Of a DNA stretch of 47,849 nt, positions 20,106 through 30,601 are shown piece after piece; position 1 is the stretch's first letter, and each line of letters starts with the position of its first letter. The DNA comes from a bacterium (lineage in GTDB: Bacteria > Oederibacteriota > PGYV01 > Palsa-1178): contig JBAXIL010000010.1 in the NCBI GenBank assembly GCA_037138355.1, positions 1-47,849 of the forward strand. The letters run 5' to 3'. The notes below the pieces were generated by a model. It worked only from the letters and a program-made list of their open reading frames with translations, was not told the DNA's origin and did not search any database. A program made the translations under genes and the position numbers.

Positions 20106-21062
20106 TTATTGAAATAAATCAAATATTCTTTTAAAAACTCCTCTTTTTTCCTCAGGTTCATCGCTAAACTTTGTTGGCTGGATTTTCGACATACGCAGAG
20201 AGACCTTAGCCGCTATCTCTTTTATACACTCTGAGGCTTTCGAACCAGGAAACATTACAGTAAAAGGTTTCTGTGACATTACACTTGTTAATACATTCTT
20301 ATCACGATAAATAAATCCGTAAGATTCAACAAATACATTCAAAAACCTTCTGGCAAGTAAAACTACTCTTGATGTTATTTCCTTAGCTTCTTCCTTACTG
20401 TTAACCATATTTACAACCAATTTTAATGGCACATTCGACTTGCTTTGCGATGTTACTTTTATAAGACCATAGGCATCCATAAGTGCAGTAGGCTCAGGTG
20501 TGGTAATAATTATTCCATAATCTGCGGCATATAGAAAACTCAAAGTATTTTTGCTTATGCCTGCACCAGTATCGACAAGAAGAACATCTACCATATCTTC
20601 CAACTCTGATATTTTTTCTATAAATGAAGCTCTCTGCATATTACTCAAATTCACTAATTCTTTCACTCCAGAACCGCTCGCTATAACCTTAATTCCAAAC
20701 TCTGTTTCAGTTATTATATCTTTTATATCCTTTTCGCCTCTTACCAAATGAACAAGATTATATTTTGGATTAATACCCAGAAGTATATCAACATTAGCTA
20801 AACCCAAATCAGCATCAAGTATCATTACCCTATTTCCTAATTTGGCTAATTCAATTGCCATATTGACAGTGAAGTTTGACTTACCGACGCCGCCTTTTCC
20901 ACTGGCTATAGCAATGACCTTAGTTGTGGGCCTTGCTTCATGTTCAGGAAACTCTTCTTCAACAGATTCTGGGTCCTGGTCAAGCTTACCAGAATTCTGC
21001 GGCAATCCACCTTCTGCTCTCTTTGCTTTTACAAGTTCTCTTAACCTCTCTGCTTGATCCAA
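20106..21062 (-). CDS. flhG: MinD-like ATPase FlhG/FleN
   Basis: MDQAERLR activator helix, SGKGGVGKS, DADLGLAN, TTPEPT; follows flhF. Confidence 0.95.
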   Translation of the reverse strand: MDQAERLRELVKAKRAEGGLPQNSGKLDQDPESVEEEFPEHEARPTTKVIAIASGKGGVGKSNFTVNMAIELAKLGNRVMILDADLGLANVDILLGINPKYNLVHLVRGEKDIKDIITETEFGIKVIASGSGVKELVNLSNMQRASFIEKISELEDMVDVLLVDTGAGISKNTLSFLYAADYGIIITTPEPTALMDAYGLIKVTSQSKSNVPLKLVVNMVNSKEEAKEITSRVVLLARRFLNVFVESYGFIYRDKNVLTSVMSQKPFTVMFPGSKASECIKEIAAKVSLRMSKIQPTKFSDEPEEKRGVFKRIFDLFQ

Positions 21063-22306
21063 TTTTCAAAGTCTCCTTTAATTATTAATCTTGAAATAAC
21101 TTTAGGATCTGCTATTTCAAGATCGTCAGGAACATCTTGGCCTATAGTCAGAAAAGAAATCGGTATACCACCTGAACCAACTGACAAATTTAACAACATA
21201 CCATAATTTTTTGTTTCATCAAGTTTTGTAAATAACATGCGATGTATAGGAACGAGTCCAAAATTATTTATTGTACTCAGCGCATCGTAGTATTTCATAA
21301 CAGAAGAGATGACTATGTGAGTTTCGATTGGCGTGTGTACTTCCAAAAACTCCTTAAGTTCAGACAAATGCTGCCTGTTTCTTGGACTTCTTCCAGCCGT
21401 ATCAAAGAATATCAAATCTTTATCAATATGTTTGTTTATTACTTTTTTGAAGTCATCAGGTGTTAAAACAACTTCAACTGGAATTCCCATTATTTCCCCG
21501 TATTTCTTAAGTTGTAAATCAGCTGCTATTCTGTAAGTATCAGCAGTCACCATAACCACACTTTTACCCTCTATGAGGGCATATTTAGCAGCTAATTTGG
21601 CTATTGTGGTCGTTTTACCTACTCCGGTAGGTCCTATGAAGGCAATTACCTTGGCTGTGCCTGGAGTTGTTTTAATCGAACCTGATACCTGAACCATGTC
21701 AGCAAGATAATCATAAAGAAACTGTTCCATAAAAACTTTATTGTTAATTTGAACATCAGTAAGTTGAGCATTTATGGTCTGCAGTGTTCTATATACAAGA
21801 CTCTCTTCAACTCCATTTTCTATTAGAAGCTTTTGTACCCTACCAATTCCGCTTTTTAAAGCCACCGCTGCAGGGTTAATAGTTCCTAAATCACGAGCCG
21901 GTCTATATGAACCAGCTGCGCTTACTTTACCCTGTGATAATTCGCGTGCTAAGTTTTCATTTTTTTGACTAATATCTTCAATTCGATTATTTACTGGCGC
22001 TTGTGCCTCAAAACGCTGCTGTATATTTACCTGCGGTGAATGTAATTTTTTTGAAGAATATTGATTTGTAGTGTATTGCACAGTTGGTTGAGGCGTTTTT
22101 TCGAACGAAGATTCTTGTGGTCTATTGCGTTCTAAATTAATATCTATGCCTGCAGTTACTTCCGTTATTTCTCTACCAAATAATCCAAAAATTCCACCTT
22201 TAATGTATTTCTTTGTATGAAGTATGACTGCTTCTGATCCGAAGTCCTTCTTGACTTGGGATAGTGCTTCTTGAAATGTATCTGCTTCAAATTTTTTTAT
22301 CCTCAT
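21041..22306 (-). CDS. flhF: SRP-family GTPase FlhF
   Basis: GPTGVGKTTTIAKLAA, DTYRIAA, DTAGRS, TKLDET, GQDVPDD. Confidence 0.96.
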   Translation of the reverse strand: MRIKKFEADTFQEALSQVKKDFGSEAVILHTKKYIKGGIFGLFGREITEVTAGIDINLERNRPQESSFEKTPQPTVQYTTNQYSSKKLHSPQVNIQQRFEAQAPVNNRIEDISQKNENLARELSQGKVSAAGSYRPARDLGTINPAAVALKSGIGRVQKLLIENGVEESLVYRTLQTINAQLTDVQINNKVFMEQFLYDYLADMVQVSGSIKTTPGTAKVIAFIGPTGVGKTTTIAKLAAKYALIEGKSVVMVTADTYRIAADLQLKKYGEIMGIPVEVVLTPDDFKKVINKHIDKDLIFFDTAGRSPRNRQHLSELKEFLEVHTPIETHIVISSVMKYYDALSTINNFGLVPIHRMLFTKLDETKNYGMLLNLSVGSGGIPISFLTIGQDVPDDLEIADPKVISRLIIKGDFENWIKQRG

Positions 22307-24396
22307 AAATCAACTTTCACCGTCCCTACGGCCCGTACTTCAACTTTCGGCAATATTTCATTATAGGATAACACTGCTAAGTTAGGTAGAATTTTTTCTG
22401 CTATTTTCCTAAAATAACCTCTGACCATAGGCGAACATAAAATAACGGCTTCATACTCCGCGCTTGCACATTTTCTATATTCATTTATCAAGCTGTTATA
22501 TATCATTTGTATTATTCTTGGCTCCAATCCAACAATTCCTGGTCTATCAGACGAACGAATTGCATCCACCATTTTATTTTCAAGTGCCGAGTCAAGTGTG
22601 ATAGCATGCATAATTCCATTTTTCGAATATCTTCCCGTAAACTGTCTCGCCATACCTTGTCTTACAAATTCCGTTAGTAAATCAGTTTCTTTTGTAGTTT
22701 TAGCATAATCAGCAAGTATTTCAAAGATACTAACCAAATCTCTTATAGAAACCTTTTCACGCAAAAGATTTTGAAGGACTTTTTGAAGTTCTCCCAAAGA
22801 TAATGCCCCTGGTATAAGTTCATCTACTACAGCTGGATTTGTTTTTCTGACAGCATCTATCAATCTATGCACATCTTGTCTGGTTAATAGTTCATCCGAA
22901 TGTGCTTTTATTATTTCAGCAAGGTGCGTTGACATAACAGAAGGCACATCAACCACCGTATAACCTCTCATCTCAGCTTTTTTCTTTTCTTCTTCTTTTA
23001 TCCATTTTGCAGGAAGATTAAAAGCAGGATCTTTACCTAAAATACCTTCAAGTTCTGCCCCATCAGATCCTGGTTTCATTGCAAGATAATAACCTATCTC
23101 AACTTTACCAGATGAAACTTCGACACCTTTTATTTTAATTGTATATGTATTTGAAGGTAATTGCATATTGTCTCTAATTCTGATTGGAGGAACAACAAGC
23201 CCGTATTCAAGCGCTATTTGTTTTCTAAGCATTGTTACTCTGTCCAATAAATCTCCACCCTGTGTAGGATCTACAAGTGGAATTAAAGCAAATCCTATTT
23301 CAAGTTCCATAGTATCCACCTGTATGAGCGGCATTACATTTTCTGGTTCTCTTTTAATTTCATCCTTATCTTTTTGTGCGGCCTTTTGATCGGCATCCTG
23401 TTGAGAAGCAAGATTAAGAGTATAAGCAAGTATCCAACAAAAAATTGCAAGCAGAGCGAAAATTACCTTTACAACAATTGCTGGGAAAACAATAGCCATA
23501 AGAAAAAGAACAACACCTACAATGCCTATAGCTCTCGGTTGACCGAGCATTTCATCAGCAAAATCTTGTCCTAAGTTAGCTTCAGAAGCAGCACGAGTTA
23601 CAATAATACCTGTACCAATTGATAACAGCAGTGCTGGAATCTGTGTTACTAAGCCTTCACCAATAGTTAAAACTGTATAAGTAATGGCAGAAGTTTTTAT
23701 ATCAAAACCATGAAACATAATTCCTATAAAAAACCCTGCAACTATATTTATAATTACTATAATAATAGCAGCTATTGCATCGCCACGCACAAACTTAGAA
23801 GCACCATCCATAGCTCCATAGAAATCAGCTTCTTTCTCGATGGACCTGCGTCTTGCTCTTGCCTGTTCATCTGTCAACAAGCCAGCATTTAAATCTGCAT
23901 CAATAGCCATTTGCTTTCCTGGCATAGCATCCAAAGTAAATCTCGCTGCAACTTCAGCAACTCTTTGAGCACCTGAAGTAATAACTACAAACTGAATAAC
24001 AATTATGATAGTAAAGATAACAACACCTACAACGAGCCCACTTAAATCTTGAGAACCTACTACAAATTGACCAAAAGTAGCAATAACACTACCAGCTTCT
24101 GCTTTGCTTAAAATAAGTCTTGTAGCGGAAATATTTAGAGCAAGTCTGAAAACGGTAGTGATAAGAAGTAAAGTTGGAAAAGTAGAAAAGTGGAGAGGTT
24201 CCTGAGTGTACATAGTTATCAAAAGCACCAATAAAGCAAGGGCAATATTGATAGAAAGTAAAACATCTAAAATAAATGTTGGTAAAGGAACCACCAACAT
24301 AAGCACAACCGCTATGATAGCAACAACAATGACAAGATCCGTAGATCTTCTCAAAGTAACGCCAAATGCCGACTTAGTTTTAGCCTCACTAACCAT
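22303..24396 (-). CDS. flhA: Flagellar export protein FlhA
   Basis: FPTLLL..FRLALN, RVAEVAARFTLDAMPGKQMAIDADL, FYGAMDGASKFVRGD. Confidence 0.98.
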   Translation of the reverse strand: MVSEAKTKSAFGVTLRRSTDLVIVVAIIAVVLMLVVPLPTFILDVLLSINIALALLVLLITMYTQEPLHFSTFPTLLLITTVFRLALNISATRLILSKAEAGSVIATFGQFVVGSQDLSGLVVGVVIFTIIIVIQFVVITSGAQRVAEVAARFTLDAMPGKQMAIDADLNAGLLTDEQARARRRSIEKEADFYGAMDGASKFVRGDAIAAIIIVIINIVAGFFIGIMFHGFDIKTSAITYTVLTIGEGLVTQIPALLLSIGTGIIVTRAASEANLGQDFADEMLGQPRAIGIVGVVLFLMAIVFPAIVVKVIFALLAIFCWILAYTLNLASQQDADQKAAQKDKDEIKREPENVMPLIQVDTMELEIGFALIPLVDPTQGGDLLDRVTMLRKQIALEYGLVVPPIRIRDNMQLPSNTYTIKIKGVEVSSGKVEIGYYLAMKPGSDGAELEGILGKDPAFNLPAKWIKEEEKKKAEMRGYTVVDVPSVMSTHLAEIIKAHSDELLTRQDVHRLIDAVRKTNPAVVDELIPGALSLGELQKVLQNLLREKVSIRDLVSIFEILADYAKTTKETDLLTEFVRQGMARQFTGRYSKNGIMHAITLDSALENKMVDAIRSSDRPGIVGLEPRIIQMIYNSLINEYRKCASAEYEAVILCSPMVRGYFRKIAEKILPNLAVLSYNEILPKVEVRAVGTVKVDL

Positions 24397-24398
24397 TA

Positions 24399-25535
24399 CT
24401 AAATACCTCCGATATTCGGACGAGGGATATAAGTATCATTCAAAATAGTATTATCCACTTTTTTGTTATTTTCTTCAAGTCTTATTTTCCCTTTTGCCTG
24501 ATAAACAAAAGCCAATATTTCTGCTACTGCTTGAAATAAATCAGGAGGAACAGTCCATCCAATCTCCAACTTCACAAGAGTTCTTGCCAAAGGCGGATTT
24601 TCAATAATAATCACACCATGTTCTCTTGCAATCTGTTTAACCTTTTCAGCCATAAGATTAATTCCCTTACCCACTATCTTTGGCGCCTCATCTTCGCCTT
24701 CCTTATAACGCAAAGCAACAGCTATGTGTGTAGGATTTGTGATAACCACATCCGCATAAGGTATCTCAGATATCATTCTTTTTCTGGCCATTTCCCTTTG
24801 CAACTGCCTAATTCTTGATTTTATCAAAGGGTCGCCTTCCATTTGCTTCAACTCATCTTTAACTTCCTGCTTTGACATTTTCAATGAATCTTCAAATTCA
24901 AATCTTTGATATAAATAATCTATAATAGAAAAAACAATAAAAGCTAAAACAACTTTCATGCCTAACTTATATACTGAATCAGCTGCAAATAAGAAGTAAG
25001 TATTTATGTCCATAAGTGGAGTTAAAAAGATTTCATTTAATATCTTTTTTGAAGTAGAATAAAGTATATAAGAAATAACCACGACTTTAAATAAAGTTTT
25101 AACAAGCTCAAACAAAATTCGTTTAGTCACAAAAATCCTTTTAAACCCACTTGCAGGATTAACCCTATCAAATGTTGGTTTCATTGATTCAAATGTAAAT
25201 AAAAATCCAAACTGTAATACATTAGATAGTATGGCTACTACAAAGGCAACCGCAAGCAAAGGCAGCAAAATAAGAAGAAGTCGTATAACCACAAAGGTTA
25301 TAAACGAGGACATGGAATTAGGATCAATTGAAAAAGTTAATATATTTCCCCAAAAATAAATCGAAAGTTCCTTTAGGTTGTGCATTATATATTCGCCAGC
25401 AATTTTTAACACTAAAAAGGAAGCAAGCACATTTAAAACTACATTGATTTCAACAGATCTTGCGACCTGTCCCTTTTTTCTGGCTTCCTCTTTTTTTTTG
25501 GCCGTTGCGTTTTCTGTTTTTCCCGGATCTGCCAT
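24399..25535 (-). CDS. flhB: Flagellar export switch protein FlhB
   Basis: KTE.AT..K..EAR.KGQV.RS, KMSKQEVKDE.KQ.EGDP, NPTH autocleavage site. Confidence 0.97.
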   Translation of the reverse strand: MADPGKTENATAKKKEEARKKGQVARSVEINVVLNVLASFLVLKIAGEYIMHNLKELSIYFWGNILTFSIDPNSMSSFITFVVIRLLLILLPLLAVAFVVAILSNVLQFGFLFTFESMKPTFDRVNPASGFKRIFVTKRILFELVKTLFKVVVISYILYSTSKKILNEIFLTPLMDINTYFLFAADSVYKLGMKVVLAFIVFSIIDYLYQRFEFEDSLKMSKQEVKDELKQMEGDPLIKSRIRQLQREMARKRMISEIPYADVVITNPTHIAVALRYKEGEDEAPKIVGKGINLMAEKVKQIAREHGVIIIENPPLARTLVKLEIGWTVPPDLFQAVAEILAFVYQAKGKIRLEENNKKVDNTILNDTYIPRPNIGGI

Positions 25536-26324
25536 TTATACCCTCATACTTTGCATAAGATAATATATATCATTCCACATATCGCTTAATAGAGCATTAA
25601 ACATATTTACAATTATCGGTAATGAAACCATAACTGCCGCAAGTCCAACCAATATATTTAGCGGAAGACCGACTAAAAATACATTCATTTGCGGTATTGT
25701 TCTTGCAATAAATCCAAGTGTCACATTAGTAAGAAAAAGAGCCAAAGTTGCTGGGCCAGCTATTTTAAAAGCAATAATTATCATATTAAAGAATAAATCA
25801 GCAAGCTTTGTGGCAGTAGCCTCAGTAATACCTACATGAGTCAAAGGGATAATCCTAAAGCTATCAGTCATAGCCTGAAACAAAACATGATGGCCATTAA
25901 TTGAAAGGAATATGAGCACCCCAAGTATAAATTGAAACTGTCCAATTATTGACACTTGCGTATTAGACATTGGATCAATTACATTCACTATTCCAAAACC
26001 CATTTGCAAATCAATTATTTGTCCTGATAATTGAATAGCTGCAAAAATCATATAAGACGCATATCCTATAATTACTCCTACTAAAACTTGAGCAAGTATA
26101 TATATAGCATAAGTCAAAGCATGCGAAGGAAGAACCGTAGTATGATCTAAAATTGGATATATAATAAATGAAACGAGGAATGCAAATCCAATTTTTGTCA
26201 TAACGGGAACATTTCTACTACCAATAAGGGGTGCAGTCATAAAAACCGAAGCCATTCTTATAAATACCAGAAGGAAGATTTGAAGCTGCGCTGTTGCTAA
26301 TCCCAATATGTCATTATACTGCAT
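25536..26324 (-). CDS. fliR: Flagellar export protein FliR
   Basis: GQIIDLQMGFG, GHH, RTIPQMNVF.VG.P. Confidence 0.96.
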   Translation of the reverse strand: MQYNDILGLATAQLQIFLLVFIRMASVFMTAPLIGSRNVPVMTKIGFAFLVSFIIYPILDHTTVLPSHALTYAIYILAQVLVGVIIGYASYMIFAAIQLSGQIIDLQMGFGIVNVIDPMSNTQVSIIGQFQFILGVLIFLSINGHHVLFQAMTDSFRIIPLTHVGITEATATKLADLFFNMIIIAFKIAGPATLALFLTNVTLGFIARTIPQMNVFLVGLPLNILVGLAAVMVSLPIIVNMFNALLSDMWNDIYYLMQSMRV

Positions 26325-26328
26325 GACT

Positions 26329-26601
26329 CTACATCTTCATGTAATCAGGTAGGTTTAAAAAAAGTGTAGTTGTAAAATTCATTAATATTCTTAGCATCCA
26401 AGGACCGAAAACAATTACTGCAAGCATTACTACAATTATTTTTGGTACAAAGGTTAGTGTCATTTCCTGTATTTGAGTTACAGCCTGAAAAATACTAATT
26501 ACTACTCCGACTAAAAGAGCCAAGCCGAGCAATGGAGCTGCAACCAATAGTGTAACCAAAAGTGCTTCTCTGCCGAAATTAATGACGAATTCTATGCTCA
26601 T
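26329..26601 (-). CDS. fliQ: Flagellar export protein FliQ
   Basis: FQAVTQIQEMTLTFVPKI, GPWM. Confidence 0.97.
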   Translation of the reverse strand: MSIEFVINFGREALLVTLLVAAPLLGLALLVGVVISIFQAVTQIQEMTLTFVPKIIVVMLAVIVFGPWMLRILMNFTTTLFLNLPDYMKM

Positions 26602-26616
26602 TTATTCTCAACCTGC

Positions 26617-27381
26617 CTAAAAGCTGACGAGTAAGGCTCGAGAAATTAAATGCCAACCGTCAACAAGAATAAATAAAAGTAATTTAAATGGTAAAGATAT
26701 CATAACCGGTGGAAGCATCATCATACCCATAGACATAAGAGTACTCGCAACTACCATATCTACAATCAAAAATGGAACATATATTAAAAAACCAACAGTG
26801 AAGGCCGTCTTTAATTCACTAATTATAAAAGCCGGAATTAAAACAGTCGTTGGCACATCATTTTGATTTTTAGGCCTTGCTGTTTTTGATAAAAATATAA
26901 ATAAAGCCAAATCCTTTTCTCTTGTCTGTTTGAACATAAACAACCTAATCGGTTTTAAGCCCTCATCTACTGACTTTTCCAACGTTATTTTATCATCTAC
27001 ATAAGGTTTCCAGGCTTTATCGTATATTTCCTGCCCTACTGGTTTCATAATAAAGAAAGTCATAAATAAAGCCAAACCTATTAGCACCTGATTTGGAGGA
27101 ATCTGTTGACTTCCAAGGGCCTGCCTTAAGAATGAAAGCACGATAATAATTCTCGGAAAAGATGTCATGAGCATTAAAATCGCTGGAGCCAATGTCAATA
27201 TTGTTAACAGAAGAAATATTTGAATTGTAGCTGCTACATCTTTAGGTGCTTTTGCATTTGTTATGCTTATACCTAATTTGGGAATAGTGAGGGGTTCAGC
27301 CATAAGAGTACTGAAAGAAAACATAGCCAGTACTATTACAATTATAGCAAAAATTAAGTTTTTATATTTTCTGCTACTCAT
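26617..27381 (-). CDS. fliP: Flagellar export protein FliP
   Basis: MTSF.RIIIVL, PPNQVL, PAF..SELKTAF, MGMMMLPP..ISLPFK..DGW. Confidence 0.97.
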   Translation of the reverse strand: MSSRKYKNLIFAIIVIVLAMFSFSTLMAEPLTIPKLGISITNAKAPKDVAATIQIFLLLTILTLAPAILMLMTSFPRIIIVLSFLRQALGSQQIPPNQVLIGLALFMTFFIMKPVGQEIYDKAWKPYVDDKITLEKSVDEGLKPIRLFMFKQTREKDLALFIFLSKTARPKNQNDVPTTVLIPAFIISELKTAFTVGFLIYVPFLIVDMVVASTLMSMGMMMLPPVMISLPFKLLLFILVDGWHLISRALLVSF

Positions 27382-28037
27382 TTTGGCTTATCATCCTTTT
27401 TTTTAAATTTTGATATAATTCCCTTTATCATGTCATTACCATTATTAATAAGTTTTTTGCCTTGTTGGAGATAGGATGTTTTTAGCTGCTGATCAAAGCG
27501 ATTTTCTGCTTTTATTTTATACTTTGATACATATTCATCAGCTTGTTGTTTTAATTTATCGATTGTTTCTCTGTCAGTAATTTCAGACAAAACATTCAAG
27601 GATTGCCCAGCATTTCCAAGCAGAAGAACTTTATCTGCAAACTCAACCACATACATAATAGTCTTACTATCTATATACTCTTTGGCAATTACTTTAACAA
27701 CATTTTCACTTTTCATAGGTATAGAAGCTTTTATGTAAAAGAACTTCAAGCCTGCCGTCACAAGATATATCAGTCCAATGACAAAAAGTAATGAAACTAA
27801 AAGTTCAATAACAGTATTTAAAGTGGAAGGCGCAGAATTGTTTTTTTGCTTTGGATCATTTTCCCGAGAAGCAGTATTAAGTGCTTCAGCCAAATACACC
27901 GTAGCAGTCGGCTGAGGTTGTGACACTACTGTGGGTTTCATCTGTTTAATTATTTTAGCTGGTGCTCCTTTTGCCGCACTAAATATTAACAGCGCTAAAA
28001 AAAAAACAAAAAGAAGAATAATTTTATTCTTATTCAT
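27378..28037 (-). CDS. fliO: FliO/FliZ family protein
   Basis: TM followed by VKVIA...IDSK..YVVE..DKVLLLG; located between fliY and fliP. Confidence 0.8.
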   Translation of the reverse strand: MNKNKIILLFVFFLALLIFSAAKGAPAKIIKQMKPTVVSQPQPTATVYLAEALNTASRENDPKQKNNSAPSTLNTVIELLVSLLFVIGLIYLVTAGLKFFYIKASIPMKSENVVKVIAKEYIDSKTIMYVVEFADKVLLLGNAGQSLNVLSEITDRETIDKLKQQADEYVSKYKIKAENRFDQQLKTSYLQQGKKLINNGNDMIKGIISKFKKKDDKPK

Positions 28038-28039
28038 CT

Positions 28040-29002
28040 TTATATCTTCGGAATTCTGTCCGCCGGTCTTACAATGTCGGTTATCCTGATGCCGAAGTTT
28101 TCATCAATTACTACAACTTCGCCTTTTGCTATGTATTTCTGATTGACAAGAATATCAACCGGTTCGCCAGCAAGCTTATCAAGTTCTACAACTGAACCAG
28201 GCGTGAGCTCCAAAACATCTCTAACTAATTTTTCTGTTCTTCCAAGCTCTACTGTTATCTGAAGCGGTACATCAAGAACAATATCCAGGCTTTTGTCATA
28301 AACAGTTCCTGATACTCTTTCGGCCTGGAGTTCAGAGGTCACTACATTCTGTGCTGTTGTTGCCTTTTGCATTTTTATTCCTCCACCCGATGTGATATCA
28401 CTTACAAAACCCTCTCTGGAAGCAGGTGATTGTTGTCCATTTTTCAAAAATGAAATTACTTCTCCTTCAAAAATCATAGCAAACTTACCTGAACCTAAAC
28501 CCTCTATCTTAAGTGAAGCATCCATTATTACTACATTGCCTTTTATACCAGGTATAGATGTTGACTTAAGATCAATTACACTGGCTTCGCCAGGAGTTGA
28601 AAATAAAGATGTACCAATCTGTGATGCCACTGAACTAATCACAGCATCTGAAACCTGATTTGCGAGCTCAGTTACAGCACTTAAATGAAGATCTTCAAGA
28701 ACAGCCGGAGGATTTGAACCATCCTGACCTATCATAAGATCAGCCATAATTGCAGCCTGCGCTTCTGAAATAATTAGCGCTACATTTCCCATATTGTCAC
28801 CAAGTTCTATAGGAACAATAAGATTACGACCCGGTAAAATAGCTCCAACTGATGCTGAACCTACTTCTTCAACTTGGCTCATAGAAATAGTTACAGCCTT
28901 GCCAAGTAATTCGGACAACATCTTTTCTCCGTTAGGTACGGAATTTCCTAATATTTCTGTTACATTATTTTTCTGTTTGTCGTTAAGGGCCAATTTAGCC
29001 AC
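28040..29002 (-). CDS. fliY: Switch protein FliY-type (CheC-like domain plus FliN/SpoA domain)
   Basis: ADLMIGQDG..LSAVTELANQ CheC-like domain; LDVPLQITVELGRT..GEPVD..GEVVVIDENFGIRIT SpoA domain. Confidence 0.88.
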   Translation of the reverse strand: MAKLALNDKQKNNVTEILGNSVPNGEKMLSELLGKAVTISMSQVEEVGSASVGAILPGRNLIVPIELGDNMGNVALIISEAQAAIMADLMIGQDGSNPPAVLEDLHLSAVTELANQVSDAVISSVASQIGTSLFSTPGEASVIDLKSTSIPGIKGNVVIMDASLKIEGLGSGKFAMIFEGEVISFLKNGQQSPASREGFVSDITSGGGIKMQKATTAQNVVTSELQAERVSGTVYDKSLDIVLDVPLQITVELGRTEKLVRDVLELTPGSVVELDKLAGEPVDILVNQKYIAKGEVVVIDENFGIRITDIVRPADRIPKI

Positions 29003-29011
29003 CTCCCTGAT

Positions 29012-30076
29012 TTATTTAGACTTAATCGAGAATTTCTTCTCGAAAGATGTATCTGTTTTTGTAATTATAGATGATATCTTCACTGCTTTCTTTTTACCTT
29101 TTGTTCCTATCTTGGCATAAAACATTGGTTTAGTTTCGACCGTCACAAGCAAATCATCTTTAGCATGTGTTTCAAGTTTTATGATATCGCCTATTTTCAG
29201 ATCAATAACTTCTTTCATTTTTAGTGAAGTGCCACCCAAGTTTACAAATAAAGGAACCCAAGTATGCTTAACTTTTTCATCAAGTATTAACTGAGTTTCA
29301 GGTGACATATCTTCTTTCGAAAGCGTGAACCACTGTTTTGCCGACAACTTATAAAGAACTGGTTCTATAACCATATAAGGAATACACATTGACATAGCCC
29401 CAACATGTTCTTTAATCTTTATCTCAAAATTAAGGTTCAAACACATTTCATTTGGTGCCACAATCTGCACAAATTGCGGATTGGTTTCTCTCGCTTTAAT
29501 TTCTGGATCAAAATCAACTATTCTATGCCATGAATCTTTTAAATTCATAAAACCTTTTTCTATTATTTTACCAACGATAGCCTGTTCTAAATCTGTCAAT
29601 TCTCTTGGTTTGCTTATTGCTTCTCCCTGACCTCCAAGTACTCTGTCAATTATTGGGAATATTATTGAAGGGTTAACTTCAAAAATAGCAAGACCTTTTA
29701 ATGGCTCAATACTAAATACTGCAATAGAAGTTGGATTAGGAACTTTTTCTATATACTCACTATAAGTAAGCTGTTTTACAGAAGTAACAGTCACTTCCGC
29801 AATAGTTCTGATATAACCAGATAAGTCAGCGCCAAAATGCCTTGCAAAACTTTCATGCATCATTTCTATTGTCCTGATTTGATCTTTTGAAAATTTATCA
29901 GGTCTACGGAAATCATACATTTTAATTTTGCCTTTTTTTCTGGAAATCATAGCCGGCTCTGCCGTTACCATTTCCTCTTCGGCGTCATCTTCATGCGCTA
30001 CTTGCTTTTTTTGCCCTTCCTTCATTCCTGCTAAAAGGGCGTCAAGTTCGCCGTCAGACAGAATGTCGTCAGCCAT
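29012..30076 (-). CDS. fliM: Flagellar motor switch protein FliM
   Basis: YDFRRPDKFSKDQIR, IDRVLGG.G, RELTD.E, ETNPQF.QIV. Confidence 0.96.
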   Translation of the reverse strand: MADDILSDGELDALLAGMKEGQKKQVAHEDDAEEEMVTAEPAMISRKKGKIKMYDFRRPDKFSKDQIRTIEMMHESFARHFGADLSGYIRTIAEVTVTSVKQLTYSEYIEKVPNPTSIAVFSIEPLKGLAIFEVNPSIIFPIIDRVLGGQGEAISKPRELTDLEQAIVGKIIEKGFMNLKDSWHRIVDFDPEIKARETNPQFVQIVAPNEMCLNLNFEIKIKEHVGAMSMCIPYMVIEPVLYKLSAKQWFTLSKEDMSPETQLILDEKVKHTWVPLFVNLGGTSLKMKEVIDLKIGDIIKLETHAKDDLLVTVETKPMFYAKIGTKGKKKAVKISSIITKTDTSFEKKFSIKSK

Positions 30077-30105
30077 TAATCACACTCCGTATTTTATTTG
30101 AATTT

Positions 30106-30570
30106 TTACTGTACTGCGAAAGATGTAAAATAAACTTTAGCCAGTTGGCCTCTATTTAATATTGCATTAATTTTATCTTTTACTTCCTGTTTTAATGACT
30201 CTCTGTTTTCTGGATCCTGTAACTGAACAGAGGTTTTGTCACCTAAACATGAAATAACTATGTCTTTAATCTGTGGAAGTCTTTTATCAACTTCAGCAGC
30301 CAATTTTAAGCTGGAGCCGTAATCCAATTCAAGAACCACATTAGCCCTTAAATAATGGCTTTCTGTAGGATCTGCGAGATTCACAATGAACTCACCAAGT
30401 GTTGTGATAGGACCCAACTCCGGTTTTTCTACAATCACTTTCTTTGTTGCAGGTGTTGTCTTAGTAGAAATCATCCAAAACGAAGCGAAAGCCGATACCA
30501 AACTGATTAACAGGACTGCACTTGTCAAAATAATCAATGTGTTTAATACCTTTTTGTCATCTGCTGCCAT
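30106..30570 (-). CDS. fliL: Flagellar basal body-associated protein FliL
   Basis: N-terminal TM, FIVNLAD, PQIKD, VYFTSFAVQ. Confidence 0.93.
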   Translation of the reverse strand: MAADDKKVLNTLIILTSAVLLISLVSAFASFWMISTKTTPATKKVIVEKPELGPITTLGEFIVNLADPTESHYLRANVVLELDYGSSLKLAAEVDKRLPQIKDIVISCLGDKTSVQLQDPENRESLKQEVKDKINAILNRGQLAKVYFTSFAVQ

Positions 30571-30601
30571 ACTAATACCTCCTCGTCAAAGCTGTTTTAT
30601 T

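Noticed and set aside
24451..24459. DnaA-box-like TTATCCACT in the flhB 3' end
   Set aside because: A single imperfect copy inside a CDS, expected by chance.
22303..27381. Injectisome-type T3SS
   Set aside because: The export genes are embedded with rod, hook, stator and switch genes, so the system is flagellar.
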